DNA of 64,000 nt, from contig OY969762.1 of assembly GCA_963702835.1 (NCBI GenBank), forward strand, positions 1,838,626 through 1,902,625, in the 5' to 3' direction. Made by a program: the position numbers and the translations under genes. Positions 43,157-52,634 of the stretch are shown piece after piece; position 1 is the stretch's first letter, and each line of letters starts with the position of its first letter. A model generated the notes under the pieces. It was not told where the DNA came from. It saw nothing but the letters and a program-made list of their open reading frames with translations, and ran no database searches. The DNA is from Candidatus Aminicenantes bacterium (GTDB lineage: Bacteria > Acidobacteriota > Aminicenantia > Aminicenantales > JAFGAV01).

Positions 43157-44113
43157 ATGAAGACGGAGAGCTTGAAGAACTCTGCCCCTCGAACCAGGGA
43201 AGGCCAGATCTGGGCCATGGCCGGCGGAAAAGGCGGCACGGGCAAAACCTTCCTCGTCAGCAGCATGGGCACCTACCTGGCCAAGAAGCAGAATTCGGTC
43301 ACCCTGGTGGATTTCGACCTGGGCGGGGCCAACCTCCACTCTTTCCTCAACCTGGACCAGCCGCGGCAGACCCTGACCCGCTTCTTCGACAAGTCAGGCG
43401 CACTCCTCGACGACCTGGCCCTGCCCACCGGCATCGACAACATGTCCCTCATCAGCGGCGACCTGGAATCCATCTCCTCGGACAGCATCACCTTCAGCCA
43501 GAAGCTCAAGCTTTTCCGCCAGATGATGAAGCTCCACACCCAGTACATCCTCATCGACCTGGGCGCCGGCTGCCACAACAACACCCTGGACACCTTCCTC
43601 CTCGCCGACAAGATGATCACCCTGGTCACCCCCGAGATCACGGCCGTGGAGAACATGTACCGCTTCATCAAAAGCGCCCTCTACCGCAAGCTGAAGATGA
43701 CGCTCAAGGCCTACGGCTTCAAGGACACGGCCCGGCTCATCTGGCAGAAGCGGGAGTCTTACGGCATTACCAACATCAAGGAATTCATCGACCACCTCCG
43801 CCGCCAGTTGACCGACCTGGCCCCCATCCTGGACCATGAGCTGGACGGGTTCAAGGTCTATATCGTGGTGAACATGACCCGCGACAGCCAGGACATTCTC
43901 CTGGGCGCCTCGCTCAAGAGCCTGCTCCAGAAGTTTCTGGGCATCCAGGCCCTCTACGCCGGCTACATCGAGCACGACGACGCCGTGTGGCGCTCCATCC
44001 GGGAAAGGCGGCCGTTCATGATCAACTACCTGGCCAGCCGCTCTTCCAAGGAAGTCGAAATCCTGGTGGACAACCTCATCCAGGATAAAGAGGTCCAGTT
44101 GCTGTGGAGTTAA
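43157..44113 (+). CDS. MinD/ParA-family P-loop ATPase (deviant Walker A KGGTGKT)
   Basis: IWAMAGGKGGTGKTFLVSSMGTYLA is the deviant Walker A, followed by ILIDLGAG (Walker B-like). The 318-aa product has a ~60-aa C-terminal extension relative to MinD. Confidence 0.75.
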   Translation: MKTESLKNSAPRTREGQIWAMAGGKGGTGKTFLVSSMGTYLAKKQNSVTLVDFDLGGANLHSFLNLDQPRQTLTRFFDKSGALLDDLALPTGIDNMSLISGDLESISSDSITFSQKLKLFRQMMKLHTQYILIDLGAGCHNNTLDTFLLADKMITLVTPEITAVENMYRFIKSALYRKLKMTLKAYGFKDTARLIWQKRESYGITNIKEFIDHLRRQLTDLAPILDHELDGFKVYIVVNMTRDSQDILLGASLKSLLQKFLGIQALYAGYIEHDDAVWRSIRERRPFMINYLASRSSKEVEILVDNLIQDKEVQLLWS

Positions 44114-44114
44114 G

Positions 44115-44711
44115 ATGAGCGACCCGAACAAGGAACGCGATTTCAAAGTCCTGGAGCTCGGCCCGAAGGCCACCCTGGCCGAAGTGAAGAACGCCTACCT
44201 CAGGCTGAAGAAACTGTATTCGGCCGACTCGGCCCTCCTCTCCCCCATCTCCCAGGAAATTCCCGAGGACAAGCGGCTCCGGATCCTGCTGGAGGTCGAG
44301 GAGGCCTACAAGAGTCTTCTCGAATACTTCCGGGAGGAAGCCTCCTTGAGAGCCGAAGGAGGAGGGCCGGCGCCGGCCGCCGGTACCCGGCCGTCGGCCG
44401 TCTCCGGAACCTCCCCAGAAAAGAGCGCGGCCGCCGGCGAGGAACTGACCTTCTCCGGCCCGGTGCTGAAGAGGATCCGGGAGAGCCTGGGCATCCCCCT
44501 CCATCTGATCTTCCACACCACAAAAATTCGGGTCGAGCAGCTGGAGGCCATCGAGGAAGAGAACTTCGCCAAGCTCCCCGACGAGGCCTATATCAAGGCC
44601 CACCTCAAGGAATATGCCGGCCACCTGTCCCTTAATCCAAAAAGGGTCATCAACGACTACCTGAAACGGTACGCGGAGTGGAAAAAAATTCACCGGCCGG
44701 AGCAACATTAG
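44115..44711 (+). CDS. J-domain-like (no HPD) plus RodZ-type HTH (HTH_25) protein
   Basis: The N-terminal ATLAEVKNAYLRLKKLYSADS is J-like but lacks HPD. The C-terminal LKRIRESLGIPLHLIFHTTKIRVEQLEAIEEENFAKLPDEAYIKAHLKEYAGHLSL matches the RodZ N-terminal HTH pattern. It starts 2 nt after the MinD-like gene's stop. Confidence 0.55.
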   Translation: MSDPNKERDFKVLELGPKATLAEVKNAYLRLKKLYSADSALLSPISQEIPEDKRLRILLEVEEAYKSLLEYFREEASLRAEGGGPAPAAGTRPSAVSGTSPEKSAAAGEELTFSGPVLKRIRESLGIPLHLIFHTTKIRVEQLEAIEEENFAKLPDEAYIKAHLKEYAGHLSLNPKRVINDYLKRYAEWKKIHRPEQH

Positions 44712-44809
44712 AAAAAATACTGAGGAACCCTGCCGAGAGGCTTGCCCGCAAAGTGAACCGCCCAGGAACTGAAACCAATATAAAACGTATCTGGATAGTG
44801 GAGGTCAAG

Positions 44810-45517
44810 ATGAGTCTATCCACTTTGCTAAAATTTTTGATACTTTTTCCGGCTGTCGGCCTTATCCTCGCCTGTGAGCCGGCCGGAGAGACGCGCACGG
44901 ACACTCGTCAGGTCGCCCTGGCCGGAGCTGAAACGGCCGAGGTGAGCATCCGCATGGGCGCCGGCGAGCTGCGGGTGGAGGGCGGCACCGGGGACCTCAT
45001 GGACGCGACTTTCCGCACCAACCGGCCGAGCCTCGAGCCGGAAGTCGACTACAACGTGGTCAACAAACGGGGCATCCTCACCGTCCGCCACAAGCGCTAC
45101 ACCCGCCTCGGCTTCGGCCGGACGGTCAACGACTGGGACATCCGCCTGAACCAGGAAACGCCCATCAACCTTCGGGTAAACCTCGGCGCGGGTGAAAGCC
45201 GGCTGGACTGCCGGGGGATCAAGCTCGACCGGGTGAGGGTCAAGATGGGCGTAGGCCGGATGACGCTCGACCTGTCGGGGCCCCGGGCCACAAGCCTCGA
45301 CGTCAATGTCGAAGGGGGGGTGGGCAGCGCAACGATTTACCTGCCCAAGGAAGTCGGCGTCCGGGCCAGAGTGCACAAAGGGCTGGGCTCGGTCGAGGCG
45401 GAAGGCTTGACTCGATCGGACGGCGTCTATACCAACCAGGCCTACGGCCGGAGCGCGGTGACCCTGGAGATCAGGGTCGAAGCCGGCATCGGCAGCATCC
45501 AACTCGAGCTGCGCTAG
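44810..45517 (+). CDS. DUF4097/'toast-rack' β-helical putative adhesin lipoprotein
   Basis: It has a lipobox (LILAC) and repeated rungs GAGELRVEGG / GAGESRLD / GVGRMTLD / GVGSATIYL. ATG 44810 follows GGAGGT. Confidence 0.6.
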   Translation: MSLSTLLKFLILFPAVGLILACEPAGETRTDTRQVALAGAETAEVSIRMGAGELRVEGGTGDLMDATFRTNRPSLEPEVDYNVVNKRGILTVRHKRYTRLGFGRTVNDWDIRLNQETPINLRVNLGAGESRLDCRGIKLDRVRVKMGVGRMTLDLSGPRATSLDVNVEGGVGSATIYLPKEVGVRARVHKGLGSVEAEGLTRSDGVYTNQAYGRSAVTLEIRVEAGIGSIQLELR

Positions 45518-45535
45518 GCCACTCAAGACTGGTTG

Positions 45536-46171
45536 TCAGCTTTTCAAGCGTTTGGATTCCTTTTCGATCGACCGGAAGCCGAGAGGCTCATCAGGCTCTT
45601 TAGCGGTCTTAATCTTTTTAAGAATAAGCGGCTTACCGGTTTTGAAAAACTGGAGAGGGCCGGGATTCTCGATGAAGCGGAGGATCTTCTCCGGGGCGTC
45701 GGTAATGAAAATGTCGTCGCCGTGCGGATCCTGCTTGACCTCCCCCTCTAGCTTTCCCTCCTCGACGGCCTTGGCGAAGACGTCCTCGTTGGGAAACCAC
45801 AGCAGAAGCTCGTCCTGGTCCGTGAATTTATATTGAAGCAGATAATAGCGGTCCATCCACTTCCCGTCCTCCTGGAAACGCACCGATAGAAAGTTGTTCT
45901 TCTTTCCCCTGGTGATGATCATCTCGCCCTGGACCATTTGAAACTGGTCGTCTTTCCAATCCAACCCGGCCAGACGGGCGACGCCGCTCGCGGCAAATCG
46001 GATGAAGACGACCTCTTCTTCGCTGAGCCAGGCGCCCTCGAACTTATCCCGGTCGATGGGTTCCGGCGCCGAGGAGAGGGGCTGCCTGGTCGTGACAAAA
46101 GAGCAGCCGGAAAGCAACAGTAAGAGGGGAATAAAAAAGAGCAAGAGACAGGTTTTCTTTATAATACTCAT
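45536..46171 (-). CDS. lipoprotein, unknown function
   Basis: It has a signal peptide with an LLSGC lipobox. No recognised domain was found. Confidence 0.55.
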   Translation of the reverse strand: MSIIKKTCLLLFFIPLLLLLSGCSFVTTRQPLSSAPEPIDRDKFEGAWLSEEEVVFIRFAASGVARLAGLDWKDDQFQMVQGEMIITRGKKNNFLSVRFQEDGKWMDRYYLLQYKFTDQDELLLWFPNEDVFAKAVEEGKLEGEVKQDPHGDDIFITDAPEKILRFIENPGPLQFFKTGKPLILKKIKTAKEPDEPLGFRSIEKESKRLKS

Positions 46172-46414
46172 AGGTTCACTCCAGTCCCTTCACCTCGCTG
46201 AAGATGGAGCGGAACTTAACGGCCGGGTCCCTGGGGACCGCTTCCACTTCGATGATCTCCAAACGGATATCCTACCTTAAAAGCTTCATTATTTCCTCCG
46301 GAAGCCGGCCCGAAAAAACGGCTGTTGGCCGAAGATACAGGGTCAAAATCCATCCTGGGTCATGACCGTTTTAAGAAAAACGGAATAAATTCAGCCTCCC
46401 CCTAAGCCTGCCTC

Positions 46415-46442
46415 TTGACATTGCCGTTTGTCCGCTTATAAT
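46415..46442 (+). promoter_or_regulatory. σ70-type promoter (TTGACA-16 nt-TATAAT) that would give a leaderless or near-leaderless tetR transcript
   Basis: ttgaca is at 46415-46420 and tataat at 46437-46442. The TetR ATG at 46449 is only ~7 nt downstream of the -10 element. Confidence 0.55.
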
Positions 46443-46448
46443 AAAACT

Positions 46449-47135
46449 ATGAAAACTAAAAAAGTTTTATTAGTTTCCAGCCCGGCCGTCCCAGTCCAGG
46501 ACGCTCTCCGGCTCCGCCTCCTCGATTCCGCCCGGGAGCTATTCCTGAAAAACGGCTTCAGCCGGGTGACCACCGACGACGTCTCGGCCGCCCTGGGTAT
46601 CAGCAAAGCGACTCTTTACAAGATATTTCCGAGCAAAAAGGATCTTCTGTCCGCCATCATGAAGCGGATGATGCAGACCATCCTGGCCCGCGTTGAAGAA
46701 ATCATCCAGGACGAAAAGCGGGATTTTATCGAAAAGCTCGTCACCCTCATGACCTACCTGGGAAATCAGCTCTCCCGCTTGGGCCCGGTTTTCGCCCGGG
46801 ACATCCAGAGGAGCGCCCCCGGGGTCTGGCAGCAGGTCGATGAATTCCGGAGGGACAAGATCATAGAGAATTTCGAGGCCCTCATCAGCGCCGGCATCAA
46901 AAAAGGAGTCTTCCAGGAAGGCCTCAACCAGAATCTTCTGGCCCTCATGTTCGTGGCCCTCATGCAGGAATTCATCAACCCGGAAACGCTCTACCGCCAT
47001 TCGTACCGGGCTTCGGACATCTTCGAGACGATCATCGGCGTCTTTTTCGAGGGGATCTTGACCGATAAAGCCAGAAATACATTCCACAAAAAAAAGCTGT
47101 TTTCCGCCGTGCCCAAAAAGGAGGCATCCTCATGA
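46449..47135 (+). CDS. TetR/AcrR-family transcriptional regulator
   Basis: The HTH is LFLKNGFSRVTTDDVSAALGISKATLYKIF. The ORF track starts at TTG 46428. ATG 46449 is preferred. Confidence 0.8.
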   Translation: MKTKKVLLVSSPAVPVQDALRLRLLDSARELFLKNGFSRVTTDDVSAALGISKATLYKIFPSKKDLLSAIMKRMMQTILARVEEIIQDEKRDFIEKLVTLMTYLGNQLSRLGPVFARDIQRSAPGVWQQVDEFRRDKIIENFEALISAGIKKGVFQEGLNQNLLALMFVALMQEFINPETLYRHSYRASDIFETIIGVFFEGILTDKARNTFHKKKLFSAVPKKEASS

Positions 47136-48139
47136 GACATCTCGGAAATAATAGAATCCCCACGGCCTTCTGGCCGGTTGTCGTTTTATTGGGCGGCCTG
47201 ATCCTCTGCGGGGCTTGCGCCGGGAATAAAAATAAATCCGAGATCCAGGCTTCGGGAACGATCGAAGCTACGGAGGTGAACGTCTCGGCCAGGGTGAGCG
47301 GACAAGTCCGGGAGATCCGCGTCGAGGAGGGGAGCCGGGTGAAAACCGGCGACGTTCTCGTCCTTATCGACCATGATTCCCTCGACATCCAACTGCGTCA
47401 AGCCGAGGCCGGAGTGGCCCTGGCCGAAGCCCAGCTCCACTTGCTCCGTGCGGGAGCCAGGGCCGAGGACCTGGGGCAGGCCAGGGATGGCTTGCACCAG
47501 GCGGAATCGAATTTCAAGCTGGCTGAGGCGGATGCCAAGCGGATGCGGGAGCTGGCGGCCAAGGGCAGCGTGACTCCCAAACAGAGGGACGATGCCGAGG
47601 CCCGCTTGACCGTGGCCGCCGCCCAAAAGAACACGGCCGGCGAAGCCCTAAAAAAGCTCCAGCAGTTCGCCAGGCCGGAGGAGCTCAAGGCGGCCCAGGC
47701 CCGTCTGGACCAGGCCGTGGCCCAGGCGGACCTGCTGAAAAAGGCGATCGCCGACTGCACCATAGCGGCGCCTGTCGGCGGCGTGGTCACCCGCAAACCG
47801 GTCGAAGCGGGTGAGCTGGTCCAGGCCGGGGCCACGGTCTTGACCATCTCCGACCTCGACCGGGTGAACCTCATGATCTACGTCACCGAAAAAGAGCTGG
47901 GCCAGGTGAAGCTGGGCCAGACCGCCGCAGTGACCATTGACTCGGCGCCGGGACGGATATTCTCGGGCAAGGTCACCTATATCTCTTCCGAGGCCGAGTT
48001 CACGCCCAAGAACATCCAGACCAAAGAGGACCGGGCCAAGCTCGTCTTCCGCGTCAAGGTCGAAATCGACAATCCGGAGGGCGTCCTCAAGCCCGGCCTT
48101 CCGGCCGACGCCATCATCCCCGTTCCGCGGACCGGGTAA
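47132..48139 (+). CDS. HlyD-family membrane fusion/periplasmic adaptor protein
   Basis: It has an N-terminal TM, a lipoyl-like GDVLVLID motif, a long coiled coil and a β-barrel domain. It starts after the AAGGAGG SD. Confidence 0.8.
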   Translation: MRHLGNNRIPTAFWPVVVLLGGLILCGACAGNKNKSEIQASGTIEATEVNVSARVSGQVREIRVEEGSRVKTGDVLVLIDHDSLDIQLRQAEAGVALAEAQLHLLRAGARAEDLGQARDGLHQAESNFKLAEADAKRMRELAAKGSVTPKQRDDAEARLTVAAAQKNTAGEALKKLQQFARPEELKAAQARLDQAVAQADLLKKAIADCTIAAPVGGVVTRKPVEAGELVQAGATVLTISDLDRVNLMIYVTEKELGQVKLGQTAAVTIDSAPGRIFSGKVTYISSEAEFTPKNIQTKEDRAKLVFRVKVEIDNPEGVLKPGLPADAIIPVPRTG

Positions 48140-48155
48140 GACCGGCCAGGGCACC

Positions 48156-49091
48156 ATGGCTGAGCTCGCCGTCCAGACCTCAGGCCTGTCCAAGAGCTTC
48201 GGGGAAATTCAGGCCGTCACGGGGCTCGACCTGGCCGTGCCCCAGGGCGAGATGTTCAGCCTGGTCGGGCCCGACGGCGCGGGCAAGACGACGGCCATCC
48301 GGATGCTGTGCGGCCTCCTCCTGCCCAGCGCGGGGAGCGGCCGGGTCCTGGGCTACGACCTGGCCGGGGAGAGCGACAAGATCAAGCGCTCCATCGGCTA
48401 TCTTCCCCAGAGGTTCAGCCTCTATGGGGATTTGACTATTGACGAGAATATCGAGTTTTTCGCCGAGATTCACAGGGTCAGAGGCTTCGGCGCGCGGCGC
48501 GATGAACTCCTCGACTTCACCCGGCTCAGGCCTTTCCGCAAGCGGCTGGCCGACAGGCTTTCAGGCGGAATGCGTCAGAAGCTGGCCCTGGTCTGTACCC
48601 TCATCCACACTCCGCGGCTGCTGTTCCTCGATGAGCCGACCACCGGCGTCGACCCCGTCTCCCGGCGGGACTTCTGGAAGATCCTCTCCGACCTGCTCAA
48701 GACGGGGATCACCATCGTGATGACCACCCCTTACCTGGACGAGGCCGAACGCTGTTCGCGGGTGGGGCTGATGAATGAAGGGCGGCTGATGACCGCCGCC
48801 CCGCCCGCGAAGGTCAAGGCTCTGATGAAGGGGACAGTCGTTGAGATTGTCTGCAACGACGCACTCGGCGCCCGGGCCGTTCTCCGCGGCCTGCCCGCGG
48901 CCAGGGAGGTTCACCTCTTCGGGGACAGGCTGCATATCGTCGTTGACGACATGGAAAAGGACCTTCCCGCCGTGGAGGCCCACCTCGGCCGGGCCGGCAT
49001 CGCCGTCCTCGACCGCCGGGTCGTCCCGCCCTCCCTGGAGAATGTATTCATTTCCGTGACCAGACCCGCAGCCAAGGAGGTATCGTCATGA
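48156..49091 (+). CDS. ABC transporter ATP-binding protein
   Basis: The Walker A is GPDGAGKTT, the signature LSGGMRQK and the Walker B LLFLDEPTTGVD. ATG 48156 is used. The ORF-track extension is upstream readthrough. Confidence 0.85.
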   Translation: MAELAVQTSGLSKSFGEIQAVTGLDLAVPQGEMFSLVGPDGAGKTTAIRMLCGLLLPSAGSGRVLGYDLAGESDKIKRSIGYLPQRFSLYGDLTIDENIEFFAEIHRVRGFGARRDELLDFTRLRPFRKRLADRLSGGMRQKLALVCTLIHTPRLLFLDEPTTGVDPVSRRDFWKILSDLLKTGITIVMTTPYLDEAERCSRVGLMNEGRLMTAAPPAKVKALMKGTVVEIVCNDALGARAVLRGLPAAREVHLFGDRLHIVVDDMEKDLPAVEAHLGRAGIAVLDRRVVPPSLENVFISVTRPAAKEVSS

Positions 49092-50452
49092 AACGGAATC
49101 CCCCGGCCTTCAACCTTTTCGTCATTGGGGCGCTGGCCCTGGCCACGGCCGCCGGGGCGGCGGAAAAAAGTACCTTGACCCTGGAGCAGTGCCTCGAACT
49201 GGGCCTGGCCAACAGCAAGGGGCTCCACGCTTCGCAGATGGCCGTGGAAGCCTCGGCCGAAAAGCTTAAAGAAGTGACCGCCTCGCGGCTTCCTTCGCTC
49301 AAGTTCAGCGCCAACTACACCCGCCTCAGCGAGGTGCCCCCCTTCGCCGTGAGCCTGCCCTTGGCCGCCGCTCCTTCCGGTTCAAACACCTTTGTCATCT
49401 CGCCCTCTTATTTCAACAACTATACGCTCAAGCTCTCCTTCCAGCAGCCGCTTTTCACCGGGTTCAGGCTCCAGGCCGGCGAAAGCATGGCCAGGCTCAA
49501 CGCCGGCGCTTCGGAACAGGACTTGTCCCGGGACAGGAGCGAGACCGTTTTTGCCATTCAGAACGCGTACTGGTCTTTGGTCAAGGCCAGGGAATCCCGG
49601 AAAGTCGTCGATGAGAACGTCGAACAGGTCAAGGCCCATCTGGCCGACGTCCGCAGCTTCTTCGACCAGGGCCTTCTGACCCGGAATGATGTCCTGAAGG
49701 TCGAAGTCCAACTTTCGAGCGTCCGCCTGGCTCAACTCGACGCCAGAAACGCCGAGGAGATGGCGGCCGTCTGGCTGAACAACCTCATCGGAGCCCCCCT
49801 CGACCAGGATATCGAGCCTGCCGCCTCGAACGAAATTCTGGCGGCCTCCGCCCTGGCCGTGCCCGAAGAATGGTCAAGCCTGGAAAAGCTCCTGGCCAAG
49901 GCTCAGCAAAGCCGGCCCGAATTGCGGGCCATGAGCCTGCGGGTCCAGGCGGGCGAGGAGGGGGTCAAGGTCGCCCGAGCCGGCTGGTACCCCCAGGTCC
50001 TGCTGACGGGCAATTATTACAGCCTGAGGCCCAACCCGCGGATTCTCCCGGCCCAGGACAAGTTCATGAACACCTGGGATGTCGGCCTCACCGTGTCCTT
50101 CGATATCTGGAACTGGAACACCGCCGGCCATCAGACGAGTCAGGCCAAAGCCCAACTGGCCCAGGCCGCCGACGCCTTGGGCCAGATGAAGGACGCCGTG
50201 GCCGTGGAGGTTCGGCAGAGCTGGCTGGCCTTTCAGGAGTCGAAGGAAAAAATCAGCCTGGCCAAGCTGGGCGTTGAGCAGGCTGCCGAAAACGTCAGGG
50301 TCACGCGCGACCGGTTCAAGGAAGGCGTGGCCATCAACACCGAGGTGCTCGAGGCCGAGACGGCCCTGCTCCAGGCCGGCCTGAGCTACACCCAAGCGCT
50401 GGTGGACAGCGAGCTGGCCCGGGCCAGGCTGAGCAAGGCCGTGGGCTTATGA
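49088..50452 (+). CDS. TolC-family outer-membrane efflux protein
   Basis: It has a signal peptide and two repeats of the OEP coiled-coil/β pattern. The ATGA overlaps with both neighbours. Confidence 0.8.
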   Translation: MKRNPPAFNLFVIGALALATAAGAAEKSTLTLEQCLELGLANSKGLHASQMAVEASAEKLKEVTASRLPSLKFSANYTRLSEVPPFAVSLPLAAAPSGSNTFVISPSYFNNYTLKLSFQQPLFTGFRLQAGESMARLNAGASEQDLSRDRSETVFAIQNAYWSLVKARESRKVVDENVEQVKAHLADVRSFFDQGLLTRNDVLKVEVQLSSVRLAQLDARNAEEMAAVWLNNLIGAPLDQDIEPAASNEILAASALAVPEEWSSLEKLLAKAQQSRPELRAMSLRVQAGEEGVKVARAGWYPQVLLTGNYYSLRPNPRILPAQDKFMNTWDVGLTVSFDIWNWNTAGHQTSQAKAQLAQAADALGQMKDAVAVEVRQSWLAFQESKEKISLAKLGVEQAAENVRVTRDRFKEGVAINTEVLEAETALLQAGLSYTQALVDSELARARLSKAVGL

Positions 50453-51468
50453 ACGGTCCGGATTATTCCATCGAGGTCAAGGAGCTGACCAAGGCTTTCG
50501 GCCGGTTCTTGGCCGTTGACAAGGTGAGCTTCCGGATCCGGCGGGGAGCCATTTTCGGCTTCCTGGGCGCCAACGGCGCCGGCAAGTCCACCACCATACG
50601 CATGCTCTGCGGCCTGCTGAGCCCGACCTCCGGCACGGCCACGGTGGGCGGGTTTGATGTCAAAGGCGAGCCGGAAAAAGTCAAGAAGCACATCGGCTAT
50701 ATGTCGCAGAGGTTCTCTCTCTACGAGGACCTCACCGTCGAGGAGAACATCGCCTTCTTCGGCGGCATCTACGGGCTCTCCCGAAAACGCCTGGCCGGCC
50801 GGATGTCCTGGGTTCTGGAGATGGCCGGCCTCAGCGGCCGCCAGCGGAGCCTGACCCGCGAACTGGCCCAGGGCTGGAAGCAACGGCTGGCCCTCGGCTG
50901 TGCCGTCCTCCACGAGCCAGGAATCGTTTTCCTCGATGAGCCGACCGGCGGCGTGGACCCTGTCTCGCGCCGCAATTTCTGGGAGCTCATCAACCAACTC
51001 TCGGAGAAGGGCGTCACCGTCTTCGTCACGACCCACTACCTGGACGAGGCTGAATACTGCCATGACATCCGCTTCATCCACGCCGGACGGATAGTGGCCG
51101 CCGGCAGCCCCCAGGAGCTTAAGACAAATACCATCCGCCACCCCATCCTGGAGGTCGACTGCGACAGGGCTGTGGAAGCCCTGGCCGCCCTGCAGAAGGA
51201 AGCCTGGGTGCTGGAAACCTCGATCTTCGGCGCCTATCTCCATGTCAGCGTCAATTCCGAGGCTGAAGGGAAGAAGCTCATTGGCCCCTTCCTGGCCGCC
51301 CAGGGCATCACCGTCAAGCGCATCGACCGGATCATGCCCTCCCTGGAGGATGTCTTCATCCAGCGGATCGAGGAGGAATCGCGGACCCAGGGCCGGCCGG
51401 CCGCGGCACCGGAGAAAAAGGCCCCCGCCCCGGAACCGGCCGGAAGGGAAGGCAACCTCCCATGCTGA
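50449..51468 (+). CDS. ABC transporter ATP-binding protein (second ATPase)
   Basis: The Walker A is GANGAGKST, the signature is in ...QRLALGCAV, and the Walker B is IVFLDEPTGGVD. Confidence 0.85.
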   Translation: MNGPDYSIEVKELTKAFGRFLAVDKVSFRIRRGAIFGFLGANGAGKSTTIRMLCGLLSPTSGTATVGGFDVKGEPEKVKKHIGYMSQRFSLYEDLTVEENIAFFGGIYGLSRKRLAGRMSWVLEMAGLSGRQRSLTRELAQGWKQRLALGCAVLHEPGIVFLDEPTGGVDPVSRRNFWELINQLSEKGVTVFVTTHYLDEAEYCHDIRFIHAGRIVAAGSPQELKTNTIRHPILEVDCDRAVEALAALQKEAWVLETSIFGAYLHVSVNSEAEGKKLIGPFLAAQGITVKRIDRIMPSLEDVFIQRIEEESRTQGRPAAAPEKKAPAPEPAGREGNLPC

Positions 51469-52634
51469 GAAGCATTTGGGCGGTCATCAAGAAGGAGCTG
51501 CGGCAGCTCCGGCGCGATCTCCGGTCTTTGGCCTTCCTGGTGGGCATCCCGGCTTTCATGCTCTTCATGTTCGGCTATGCCTTGAACTTCGACGTCAAGC
51601 ACATCCCCCTGGCGGTCTGCGATAATGACCTGAGCCCGGCCAGCCGTGAGCTCATCGACAACTTCAGCCATACCGAAACCTTTGACCTGAAATACCGGCT
51701 TTCCGAAACCCATGACCTCGACCGCCTGATCAACGAGGAAAAAGTCCGGGCGGCCCTGGTCATCCCGAAGGGCTTTGCCGCCGACCTGCTGGCCGGCCGG
51801 CTGGCCCGGGTCCAGATCATCCTCGACGGAGCGGACGCCACGACCGCCTCCACGGCCGCGGGCACCATCAACGGTATCGTCCAGAACTACTCCAGCCGGG
51901 CGACGGCCGAAGTCCTGGCCCGAAGCGGGCGGGGCGCCCCAAGCCCGCCCCTCCAAGCCGAGACGCGCGTCTGGTACAACCCCGAGCTGAGGAGCTCCGC
52001 CTTCCTCGTGCCGGGGCTTATGGCTTTCATCCTCATGGTCATCGTGGTGATATCGACGGCTTTTTCGGTGGTCCGGGAGAAGGAGCGGGGAACGATGGAG
52101 CAGCTGCTCGTCTCCCCCATCCGGCCCGTCGAGCTCATCATCGGCAAAACCGTGCCCTACATCATCATCTCCCTCATCTCCTCGCATCTGGTCCTGCTGC
52201 TGGGGTATCTGCTTTTCGGAGTGGCCATCAAGGGCAACTACTTTTTACTGCTTCTGGCCATGACCCTCTTCCTCATCGGGGGGCTCGGCCAGGGCCTTTT
52301 CATTTCGACCATCACCGGAACCCAGCAAGTGGCTTTCCAGTTGGCCGTCCTGTCCACCTACCTGCCCACCTTCATCCTGTCCGGGTTCATTTTCCCCATC
52401 AAGAACATGCCCCTTGTCATCCAGGCCATAACCTACGCTGTCCCGGCCCGGTATTTCCTGGCCGCCCTGCGGGGCGTCATCCTCAAGGGCGCCGGGCTGG
52501 CCGCCATCTGGGAACAGCTCCTGGGCTTGGCCGGTTTTGTGCTGGTCACTCTCACCCTCAGCACGCTGAGGATGAACAGGGCCGGGTTCAAAGAGCGGAG
52601 ACGGAAGAGCCGGAGGGCGGGGAGCGCGGCCTGA
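51462..52634 (+). CDS. ABC-2 type transporter permease
   Basis: It has six TM segments and an ABC-2/YadH-like topology. It is paralogous to the next gene. Confidence 0.8.
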   Translation: MLRSIWAVIKKELRQLRRDLRSLAFLVGIPAFMLFMFGYALNFDVKHIPLAVCDNDLSPASRELIDNFSHTETFDLKYRLSETHDLDRLINEEKVRAALVIPKGFAADLLAGRLARVQIILDGADATTASTAAGTINGIVQNYSSRATAEVLARSGRGAPSPPLQAETRVWYNPELRSSAFLVPGLMAFILMVIVVISTAFSVVREKERGTMEQLLVSPIRPVELIIGKTVPYIIISLISSHLVLLLGYLLFGVAIKGNYFLLLLAMTLFLIGGLGQGLFISTITGTQQVAFQLAVLSTYLPTFILSGFIFPIKNMPLVIQAITYAVPARYFLAALRGVILKGAGLAAIWEQLLGLAGFVLVTLTLSTLRMNRAGFKERRRKSRRAGSAA

